DNA of 64,000 nucleotides from NCBI GenBank assembly GCA_000165345.1, contig CM000436.1, positions 448,001 to 512,000 of the forward strand, read 5' to 3'. Shown piece by piece: positions 55,365 to 64,000 of this stretch (position 1 is its first letter; each line of letters starts with the position of its first letter). The notes under the pieces were generated by a model. It saw only the letters and a program-made list of their open reading frames with translations, ran no database searches and was not told where the DNA came from. The position numbers and the translations under genes were made by a program.

Positions 55365-55612
55365 CTTTTTCAATAACTCGATATTGGACCTGTAAAGTTT
55401 TGTTATTAGTTTTGGTTGCTTTAAAAATGGAAATTTGGCTCTTTTTTTTTTCTTAATAACCGCTCTCGGCCTTTCCTACTTAACTACTTTAAAAATATAT
55501 ATATTTATTTCCCTATTTATTTTTAATATCCTTTCCCTATTTAATTATTACTTGGTAATATATAATTAAATAGCTGGAGAAGTAATAATTATTATATATT
55601 AAAATCCAGATA

Positions 55613-55632
55613 TTTGCCGCCGGCGCCTAAAC
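55613..55632. promoter_or_regulatory. E2F-like box TTTGCCGCCGGCGCCTAAAC upstream of the DP gene itself; also TTTTGGCGCCAATAG at 56157-56171 upstream of TBL1-like
   Basis: This is the palindromic GGCGCC core and may reflect autoregulation. Confidence 0.4.
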
Positions 55633-56273
55633 AGTGGGTTTTAAATTATATGCAAGTAGAAATCAAATACAAATATGAGAATTTAGATAGACAAAAAATT
55701 AAGAATTCTCAAGAATAACTTAAACGAAAATGAGCTTATATACTTGGTCTTATTTGATGTTCTTTTATTGTTTTTTTTGGCTGATTTTTCTTATATAGAC
55801 AGTTTTTCTCATTTTTGTTACTAAATTCTTACTAAACTCACTTATCAATATTTTTCCTTACTTTAAATAAATTTCTTTATTTATTGTATTTTTTTCTTAT
55901 TTACCACGTAATACTTATTTGATTTTTTATTTACATATAAAGAAAAGTATGTGTTTATTAGGTACTTGATCATCAATATTGGGGGAGAAAAAAGAAAGAA
56001 TGAAAGAAAGAATAATAGAAAAAGAAAGAATAGCGTTACATTGAATATAAAAGAAGATCTATTTTAGTAGGGGTTTAGAAATATAAGCGTGGAAAAATAC
56101 CGGTGTTTAAAAATGTTGTGCATCATGTAATTATTAAGGTGATTTCAAATTTGACATTTTGGCGCCAATAGAGTTTTTAGTCGCAAGTTTAAAAGAAATA
56201 TTAAACTAATGTCAAAAATCTTGGTTTGAAAATTAGTAAAGATTGGAGCCAGATTTTAGAAATATAGATTTCA

Positions 56274-58388
56274 ATGAAGATTCATCTAACTTCCGATGAG
56301 ATTAACTTGTTAGTTTATCGTTATTTGATTGAGAATGGTTTCGTACATACAGCTTTTAGCTTTAATTCTGAAGCAAATGTTCCAAAGAATCCATTCTTTA
56401 CAACCCAGATGGAGAGAGTACCTCCAAATGCTTTAGTAGGATTCCTTCAAAAAGCTCTACTTTATATTTACTTGGAGTATCACACATCAGACGAGACTGG
56501 GGAAGAGATCAGATGCGAGGAGCCTTTTTCCATATTCAAGAGACATGAATGTTGGTGCAGGCCTTTAGAACAAATTGGATCGAATACAGAAGGTACAGAG
56601 GGCCAATCTTCTTGTCAAGGTATTGAACCAGTGGGAAGAATAGAGGAGAATATGCAAGTTGATATTTCTTCTTCACATACAAACAAAAATACAAGCATTA
56701 CAGAAGATTTAGTAGATACATCTATTCAGCCTCCAGCAAAGAAAACCAGAAAGTCTAGATCTATTAACTCAAATCTAGGCTTAGATCGAGTAGCACAAGC
56801 TAATGATGCTGATTTACAACAAGGGCAGGATGAAACTTTGATTTCAAATAAGAATGTATCAGAGTCTCCTAAAGATCAACAAATTGAGGTGGGTTCAACA
56901 ATGGCATCCAAAGATGTTTCATCGGTGAAGCCTGGGATTGGTGAAGATGTCAAAAATAGCCCAGATTTACCAGTAGATATAAAGGGTGAGGATTCAAAAA
57001 ATATAGAAGTGAAACAAATTAAAAGTGAGAAAAGTCCTACAACTATAATAGACGATCCTTTCGAGGTGGTAGTAGAGAAGACTAATGTTTATGATGAGAA
57101 TAATGACGGTGTTACTGGTATGAGTAACAACGTTAGTGTTAATGTTGATAATAAGATGGATGTTGATATAGTTGGATCAGTAACTTTGCCATCATCCAGT
57201 GATAAGTATTTATCGGAAATTCCACATTTTAAACTTTTCAGAAAAGGAAATTGTTCGAATGGAATAAGAGAAGTTCAATTTAGCAAGAGACAAGAATCTC
57301 CAAATAAATTGGTAATAACTTGGGAAGAAGGATGTCCAGAGCTTTGGGAAATTGATCCAAATAGCCAAGAGAGAAACTTAGAGAGTTCAATAATGCTTCC
57401 AGTTTCTGATGGAGGAAATATGATAGCCGGAACAGTAGTAGCAATGAGTAGTGATTACATTGCAATTGGGTATGAAAATGGAAGAGTGACTTTATTTTCT
57501 TATAATGGTAAAGAACTTACAATGGTTAGAAGTAGCCATGATCAAGAATCTCCAATAGTTTCTCTAAAATTAAGCGAATCCAGTGAATATCTGGCAATTG
57601 GGGATGCAATAGGAAACGTGATGGTCTTAAGAATAAATTTTGAAGAATCAATAGAACGTTGCACAAGCCAAATAATTAATAAACATCAGCATAATTCAGC
57701 AATTTTTGGACTTTGTTGGTGTAATAACGACTCATTCTTGCTTTCTGGGTGTCTTGATAGACAAATTACGGTATTAAATATAAAAAATAATATGGTGAAA
57801 TCTTTTAACCAAGAAGGTCCAATTCTCTCAATTAATCAAGTTAGTCAAGAAAGTCCTTTGGTGACTTGTGTATTGGAAGGAGTCTCAACTATTCCAGTTT
57901 TGAAGATTTCTGGTGATGATAATATAAATCTTGATTGTATTTCAAAGATCTCTATAGATGATAGCTTGGGAATTAAAGAAGAGAGTCAAAATACTCAATC
58001 TCCGCCTCAGATAAATTTTATTGAGAGCAATATATTAGATGGAAAAGTATTCCATATTGTAGCAACACCATATAGTATTTATTTATTTGACACACTTTGT
58101 AATTTGGTTTCTTTCCAGAAGATTACAAACAAAGAGTTAGAATCAAGCGAGATTGTCTCGATTTATGTTGATAATAAATCTAAAACAATTATTGCAGGAT
58201 TGAATGATGGATCTATAACATTGCTTGAGCTTTCATCCCTTGAAATTAAGTCAAAGTTTTTGGAGCAGAGTTCACCAAAGAAGCTAACCTCATTAACAGG
58301 AGTTGGATTAGTTTCAAAGAATTCATCTGGGAAGTTAGTGTTTGTTGGAGGGCCATATTTACCTGCAATTTATATTTTTGATAATTAA
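56274..58388 (+). CDS. TBL1/TBLR1/Sif2-like LisH-WD40 corepressor subunit
   Basis: The N-terminus SDEINLLVYRYLIENGFVHTAFSFNSEA...VPPNALVGFLQKALLYIYLE matches TBL1 LisH ([28 protein letters not shown]...VPPAALISILQKGLQYVEAE). The C-terminal ~330 aa are WD40-like repeats. ATG at 56274. Confidence 0.7.
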   Translation: MKIHLTSDEINLLVYRYLIENGFVHTAFSFNSEANVPKNPFFTTQMERVPPNALVGFLQKALLYIYLEYHTSDETGEEIRCEEPFSIFKRHECWCRPLEQIGSNTEGTEGQSSCQGIEPVGRIEENMQVDISSSHTNKNTSITEDLVDTSIQPPAKKTRKSRSINSNLGLDRVAQANDADLQQGQDETLISNKNVSESPKDQQIEVGSTMASKDVSSVKPGIGEDVKNSPDLPVDIKGEDSKNIEVKQIKSEKSPTTIIDDPFEVVVEKTNVYDENNDGVTGMSNNVSVNVDNKMDVDIVGSVTLPSSSDKYLSEIPHFKLFRKGNCSNGIREVQFSKRQESPNKLVITWEEGCPELWEIDPNSQERNLESSIMLPVSDGGNMIAGTVVAMSSDYIAIGYENGRVTLFSYNGKELTMVRSSHDQESPIVSLKLSESSEYLAIGDAIGNVMVLRINFEESIERCTSQIINKHQHNSAIFGLCWCNNDSFLLSGCLDRQITVLNIKNNMVKSFNQEGPILSINQVSQESPLVTCVLEGVSTIPVLKISGDDNINLDCISKISIDDSLGIKEESQNTQSPPQINFIESNILDGKVFHIVATPYSIYLFDTLCNLVSFQKITNKELESSEIVSIYVDNKSKTIIAGLNDGSITLLELSSLEIKSKFLEQSSPKKLTSLTGVGLVSKNSSGKLVFVGGPYLPAIYIFDN

Positions 58389-58428
58389 TTTTTCTTCTTG
58401 CATTTAAACTTTAATTAGCCTATTTTGT

Positions 58429-59337
58429 TTAATCAGTACGTATAATCTTGAATAATATGCTTATAATATCTTTATATTCTTGTTTTCCTTGTTCATCTTT
58501 TGCTAACTCTCCTATACTTACATCCTTATTAAAAAGTTCAAGGATTTTTTTTTGATTCTGACAATTTTCAACACTTTGAAATTGTACTTCAAGCTTTGAA
58601 CTAGGTCTTTCTTTTCTAAGCTTTCCAAGTATAAATTGTCTCAAATAAGTTATTTTTACATGTATTGGAAGTCTTAAATTAAAAGTAAATAAATTGCTTT
58701 TAAGCCTAAATTGTTCAATATTTCCTTCTATTGGTTTAAGTAAAACTCCAATAATTTCAAAATCTTTTGTATTCTCGGCTTCAAAAACAGGTTCTTGGTC
58801 TTTCACTTTTGAATCAGGTTCTTTTTGATAATCCATTATATTTTTAAACTGTTTAATATTATTTGAAATTAGTATTTCCTGATGCCTTCTCTCAAATTCA
58901 CTAGCTTCAGGAAAAAGTCTGAGAGTTAGTGTATCCATAATTGAGTCATTTCTTAGTGATCTTCTGGATGCAATATGCAATCTACATTGGGGACACTCTC
59001 TTAATCCAATTCGAACACATTTTTCAATGCACTCTCCACAAAATCTATGCAAACAGTCCTTAACAACCATTGTACGCTGAAGAATGCGAAAGCATATCAA
59101 ACAATTAAAATCAGAGTATAAATCATTTTCTCCCAATGTAGTTACGCTTGATAAAATACTTTCACTTAACTCATACTTATTTAATGCAGTTTCCCCTTCT
59201 CTAGTTAACTTTCTCTTGGGACAAACTACTTCGAATGCTTTTAGACCTTTTGGGATCTCTATCGAACTTACCAATGAATGATATGTTGGATATTTCTCGT
59301 AGAAATCCTCATTTCCAAGATTTGGATTTGGATCCAT
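58429..59337 (-). CDS. RING1/RING1B-type (PRC1-like) RING-finger E3 ligase with a RAWUL-like C-terminus
   Basis: CLICFRILQRTMVVKDCLHRFCGECIEKCVRIGLRECPQCRLHIASRRSLRNDSIMDTL is ~50% identical to the RING1B RING ([59 protein letters not shown]). ATG at 59337. Confidence 0.75.
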   Translation of the reverse strand: MDPNPNLGNEDFYEKYPTYHSLVSSIEIPKGLKAFEVVCPKRKLTREGETALNKYELSESILSSVTTLGENDLYSDFNCLICFRILQRTMVVKDCLHRFCGECIEKCVRIGLRECPQCRLHIASRRSLRNDSIMDTLTLRLFPEASEFERRHQEILISNNIKQFKNIMDYQKEPDSKVKDQEPVFEAENTKDFEIIGVLLKPIEGNIEQFRLKSNLFTFNLRLPIHVKITYLRQFILGKLRKERPSSKLEVQFQSVENCQNQKKILELFNKDVSIGELAKDEQGKQEYKDIISILFKIIRTD

Positions 59338-60341
59338 GATTTATGTGGATTTAATCACAAAAATTCTACTAGAATAATTTTTAATTGCGCGGGCCCTATG
59401 CCAAACAAAATTATTTGGGTCTTGTTGAGATTGATTAATTTTCAGTGCATGCATTACTTTTCGATAAAATTATATGAATTTTCTTCAAATAATTTTTTAA
59501 ATATTTATAATTTTTATTTTTCTCATTGAAATCAACTTTATGGAGTACCCTGCAGTTACATATCTTAATTCACTTTTAGTACTCATTTTAAAGAATTGTA
59601 TTTTACAATGATATTAAAAAAAAATGTATTAATATATATTTGATAAAAATAAATTCTAATTTATTTTTATCTGTGTGCACATGCATTTTTTATTCAAACA
59701 AACAAATTTTTATACCGGTGTCCACATAGATTTACATTGCATGCAACCAAAAAAAAATGACGTAGTATAATTGCATGAGGGTAGGAGGGGGATGAGGAGC
59801 AAAACCGGGATAATTCAGATACAATTAAATCAAATTTTGACTTTTTTTTTTGTTTAAAGAAGAATCATTTAAGTTGATCTATGGAGATTAATTTCCTTTT
59901 TTTTTTTTTATCTTCATAAATTTGTTTAAGAAGATAAAAGCTTTTTAAATAGTAAGATTTGATATACTTCAAAGTATTAAAAATAATATTAAGTTACCAG
60001 ATATTAAATGGATTAGTTTAAAAATAAGATAAGCAGATTTATAAATGAAGATATTAGTAAAAAATAAAAGTAATGATTTTAATGATTAAAGGAAAATTAA
60101 TTATAATGAAAGTGGAAGAGAAAATAAGGTAGATGGAGAACAACAAGTAAAATAGAGAGATTTGGAGTTTGAATAATAAATCTAAGTGAAGTTTAATCAT
60201 CTCAATTTAAAAATGAGGTAATAAGAGTTTAAAAAGCAAATTGAAAAAAAAGAAGTAACCATAATTTTAATAATCAAATATTACATATAATTTGCCGCTA
60301 AAATCTGTTAACCCACAAATAAATAATAAAATAAATATATT

Positions 60342-61733
60342 ATGAATGATGTAAATAAAAAGGAAACAAAATCAATGGAGTACAGTGATTCTGTAACGGG
60401 ATCTCCAAATGATTTTTGCAGGGCAGATTTGGATGGAGTAGATTATAATAATGAGAGTCCTGGATTGGGAGTGAATATTGGGAATTCTAGAGAATTTGTG
60501 AATTCTGGAACATGCGAAGGCTTGGAAATCAAAGTTGATGGTGAAAAAAACAACTCAAGTAGTAGTACAGACAATCAACAGACAAAAAATGTTGCGCCTT
60601 ATAACCGATTTTTAATACTATTAAAGGATAAAACATGTAGTGATATAGTTTTTTTTATTGCAAAGTTTATTCAACATTATCCACGCTTAGATGAAGGTTT
60701 AGTGGATTTAATATATGGTGAAAGCAGAGAAAGATTTGATTTGGAAGAAATAATTAATGGGAATGAGGATATTGGTACTCAAGTTCTTGCGAATATTTTA
60801 CACTCATTTGTTGGATTTTGTGGGAATTTACTTATGGAAACTAAAGTTTTTAATAAGGTCGGTAATGAAGAAGAAGAAAAAATATTTATAATAGAAGGCT
60901 TGGAAAAGTTGGTAACAACTAAGTTATATAATGTTTTATTTGATGCAGTTTCGTTTGAAAATGATGATGCAGACCATTATTTATTTAGAAAGTTGAAAGT
61001 TTTAAAGACTTTTGTAAAGCTAGATCACTTTGATATTTCAAAGCATTATGTAGAGACACTACAATCTGACAGTTTATGGTTAGATATCTGCAAGAATGAG
61101 CTTTATAAGCTGATTAGGGTAAAGTCCCCAAAAGATAAAGTTGTATTAATAGTGAATATATGCAAAATACTTTTGTCATATATGAATAATATTAATAAAA
61201 TGAGGCTTGAAACTGATTCAAATTCTGGAGAAGAGAGAATTTCATCTCCTCCAGCTGCAGATGATTTACTTCCATTATTAATATTTTGTATTATTCAAAG
61301 CAATCCAACAAAAATTAAAGCTCATGTGGAATTTGTATCTTTATTCAGAAATTCTATATTATTGGTTTCTGAGGATTTATATTTTTTCACTCATTTTTAT
61401 TCAGCAATAACATTTTTGGAGAAATTAGATGGAAGACAAATACAACTTAACATAGATAATGTTATATTTGAAGAGCAATTCAAATCATCAGAGAAGAAAT
61501 TATTTGGAAATAATTTACTACATTTATTGACTCCTTATTCAGAGTCTAGATTAAGTTTCCAAGAAAAACAAAATAAGTTACAAGAAATTACTAATAAATT
61601 ATCATCTTTAAAATTAACTTTTGAAGATTATAATTCATCAGATGAGTTAAAAATTGGTGAAATACCTCAATTATTTCAAGAATACAAACAATTATTGAAT
61701 TTATTTAAGGAATTAAAGCAAAATTCTGGTTGA
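60342..61733 (+). CDS. VPS9-domain Rab5-family guanine-nucleotide exchange factor
   Basis: ADDLLPLLIFCIIQSNPTKIKAHVEFVSLFRNSILLVSEDLYFFTHFYSAITFLEKLDG matches the VPS9 catalytic signature of Rabex-5 ([59 protein letters not shown]). Confidence 0.8.
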   Translation: MNDVNKKETKSMEYSDSVTGSPNDFCRADLDGVDYNNESPGLGVNIGNSREFVNSGTCEGLEIKVDGEKNNSSSSTDNQQTKNVAPYNRFLILLKDKTCSDIVFFIAKFIQHYPRLDEGLVDLIYGESRERFDLEEIINGNEDIGTQVLANILHSFVGFCGNLLMETKVFNKVGNEEEEKIFIIEGLEKLVTTKLYNVLFDAVSFENDDADHYLFRKLKVLKTFVKLDHFDISKHYVETLQSDSLWLDICKNELYKLIRVKSPKDKVVLIVNICKILLSYMNNINKMRLETDSNSGEERISSPPAADDLLPLLIFCIIQSNPTKIKAHVEFVSLFRNSILLVSEDLYFFTHFYSAITFLEKLDGRQIQLNIDNVIFEEQFKSSEKKLFGNNLLHLLTPYSESRLSFQEKQNKLQEITNKLSSLKLTFEDYNSSDELKIGEIPQLFQEYKQLLNLFKELKQNSG

Positions 61734-61965
61734 TATATATAAAGTTCAATATTAAATATTACCAACTACTCAATTCTATTCTTCAATTAAAATATTCCAA
61801 CTTAAACAGCAATAACAATAATAGACCTTATAATTTATAAGAATTTAAGCTAAACTTAATCATGCTAATTTTTACAGTAATTATATATCCATTTAATAAC
61901 AAATTAATAATATTAATAAGAAAAAAACTTCACAAGTACATAAATTACAGATTAGCAACATCTCA

Positions 61966-63516
61966 TCAATTCAATAATTCCTTATTGTCTTCGTGGTATA
62001 TCTTGTCAGACAAGGGAAATTTAATTCTCTGCTTAAATATTTGAGCAATAATAGGAAACTCAAGAATATTCTTGGGTTTTCTTTCCATCCAAAATGAATG
62101 GAACTTTAGAAAAATAAATGAAAAGAGTTCACAAAATATAAAAAGCATATTCACATCATTTTCAGTCTTATAAAAGAATGGAACAATTCGATGGTCCCTT
62201 TGATTCAACCAATCTCTGAGCCAAGATGTAATATTGATTCCTGTGACTGCAAAAGAATACCAATATTTTGAATTACTTGATTCTCTATGAATCAATTTTG
62301 ATTCAAGTGGATGTGCTAAACTGAAATATAAAAGGCAAATGAGTGCAAGTATACCAACTCCTCTAAAGTCACTATATGGCTGATCACATCTTTGGAAGCC
62401 TAAAAGCTCCCATTTAACATCGGTTTCTTTTGAAAAATAGCATTCCCAAAGTGAGTTTAATAAATCATTATGACTCTGTTTTTCAGGATCAAAATTGATT
62501 TTTGCAAGTAAATTGACTAAATACCTTGATTTAGTTGCATTATGGATATATTTAAGGTTTAGCCTAAGTTTTTTTCGGAAGTTTATTAAATCAGTAATTC
62601 TACTCATTTTTACTTGAATAATAGTCTCAACACACTTATCAATTAAAGAATTATTAATATTACTCAACAATAAATCAGTAACAAGTCTTGGATCAGCTGA
62701 GTATATTTTTCTTGATTTTATTAGATATTGTTCGATATAATACGGATTAATTGGTTCAATATTAACAAGAAGTTCAATTTCACATGGTTTTTTAAAAACT
62801 TTTCGAGTTGATTTTACTATTTGTGATATTGGTTGTCTAAGAAATAAGTTTGGAACTGGAATATGATAATATTGTTCAGATAAAGCTATTGAAGCTCTTG
62901 TTTTTCTAATTGATGATTCACCAATTGAAAATTGTTTATTGTTTTGAAAAATTACCCATGGAAGAGATTTTGAAAATGTTATTCTTTTTGGACAACATCT
63001 ATTATTATTAGATTTTTGAAAATCATTATTAAGAAGTTTAATATTTTCTTGGGTATTAATTCTTGCATTATTATTAAGATATTCACTATTATAAAGAAAT
63101 TCATCAGAACAAATTATTTGAATCATATAATGAGCAGAACAATATTCATCATCTTTATTTAAAACAGGAATTTGTATTTGGTTAAAGAAATATCCTTCAT
63201 TCAAGTTAAAATCTTGTGGAATTGCTGATTCTGCTGAATGGATTTTTGTACTATATAATGAATTCTGATTATTTTGAAATTCACTCGTTATATCTTCTTC
63301 ATTATAATTTTCTTCATAAATATATGGTTTATTATTAAAAATTAATCTAATATTTGTTGGGATTATACCTCCAACCTCATAAGAAGCTAGAATTAAGCTA
63401 TTTCCATTGTTATTTCTACTCGTATCATCATCGTTACTTGTTTTATAGTCTAACCTATATATAGGTTTATTCAAGTCAAGGTTGACATTACCGTTATTTA
63501 CATCATCAAGTTTCAT
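61966..63516 (-). CDS. ELMO-domain protein (ELMOD-like, putative Arf/Arl GAP)
   Basis: WECYF...WELLGFQRCDQPYSDFRGVGILALICLLYF matches the ELMO/CED-12 core (WxxLGFQ...P.TDFRG.G.L.L..L.YF). The track start at 63528 is TTG; the first ATG is at 63516. Confidence 0.7.
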   Translation of the reverse strand: MKLDDVNNGNVNLDLNKPIYRLDYKTSNDDDTSRNNNGNSLILASYEVGGIIPTNIRLIFNNKPYIYEENYNEEDITSEFQNNQNSLYSTKIHSAESAIPQDFNLNEGYFFNQIQIPVLNKDDEYCSAHYMIQIICSDEFLYNSEYLNNNARINTQENIKLLNNDFQKSNNNRCCPKRITFSKSLPWVIFQNNKQFSIGESSIRKTRASIALSEQYYHIPVPNLFLRQPISQIVKSTRKVFKKPCEIELLVNIEPINPYYIEQYLIKSRKIYSADPRLVTDLLLSNINNSLIDKCVETIIQVKMSRITDLINFRKKLRLNLKYIHNATKSRYLVNLLAKINFDPEKQSHNDLLNSLWECYFSKETDVKWELLGFQRCDQPYSDFRGVGILALICLLYFSLAHPLESKLIHRESSNSKYWYSFAVTGINITSWLRDWLNQRDHRIVPFFYKTENDVNMLFIFCELFSFIFLKFHSFWMERKPKNILEFPIIAQIFKQRIKFPLSDKIYHEDNKELLN

Positions 63517-64000
63517 AATTAGGTTCAATTATTATTTAAAATTAAACCTACAGCTGCTGTGATCTTATTATGATCAAGAGTTGACAGTTAAATCAGTTTC
63601 ATTACCAAGTGTCTCAGTAATTCATATTATTTCGAGTACTCAGACTTGAATCTTGAAATTTGGTCTGGTGCAAAGGTATTATCCTATGCAATATTTTTCA
63701 AATTTTAAAGGATTTTTATTTTCTTTTTATGGGTATTTAATATTCAATTTCTGTATTAATCAAATTACTTCAAAAAACCCTTTAAAAATTATACCCGTAT
63801 TTATTTATTTTTCTTAAGCCTTACTCAAAAACCCGCCATTTTGTTGACATTTTCAATTACTATATTTATTTATTAAAAATATATTAAACTAAACACAAAA
63901 AAAAATGTTACACATACACTCAGGCGGCGCAAGTGGCGCCAAAAGTTTGTCTACAGGTGCATTTAAAAGAGAAATTATTTAAGAAGAAATACTCGATATT

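Overview
This window reads as a eukaryotic chromosomal segment, not a prokaryotic one. It is AT-rich (roughly 30% GC), gene-dense, and has few, short spliceosomal introns with GTAAGT/GTAGGT donors and YAG acceptors. The provided ORF track also accepts GTG/TTG starts, so several N-termini were corrected to the first in-frame ATG or to a spliced upstream exon. The gene content, together with a pervasive upstream motif pair, is most consistent with Cryptosporidium or a close apicomplexan relative; this is inference and was not checked against any database. The motif pair is an E2F/DP-like G/C box (TTTGGCGCCAAA or GGCGGGAAA) plus GCATGC(A).

I call about 29 protein-coding genes:
- A DNA-replication pair sharing a bidirectional promoter: DNA polymerase delta subunit 2 and GINS Sld5.
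- PRA1, PNO1, a protein kinase and V-ATPase subunit B.
- A W2-domain translation-factor-like gene, an SSNA1/DIP13 homolog, and a small multi-pass membrane protein.
- Two fermentative genes on one strand: an iron-containing alcohol dehydrogenase, and AdhE with a newly recognised 5' intron.
- A UBA3-like E1 enzyme.
- An ~18.5 kb run of five consecutive signal-peptide genes (four secreted, one type I membrane), including a mucin-like protein with about 28 thirty-residue repeats and a secreted protein built from about nine ubiquitin-like modules.
- A low-complexity hypothetical protein, a secreted coiled-coil protein and a SURF6-like protein.
- Dhh1/DDX6, Pelota/Dom34, and a three-exon ribosomal protein S9 gene.
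- Three chromatin/transcription regulators close together: a DP (E2F partner), a TBL1-like LisH-WD40 protein and a RING1B-like RING finger.
- VPS9- and ELMO-domain proteins.

I saw no CRISPR arrays, rRNA or convincing tRNA, and no prokaryotic defense or mobile element. The most unusual signals are the secretory glycoprotein island with concertedly evolving repeats, two GC-rich E2F-motif islands embedded in-frame inside coding sequence, and E2F-like boxes in tail-to-tail intergenic regions.
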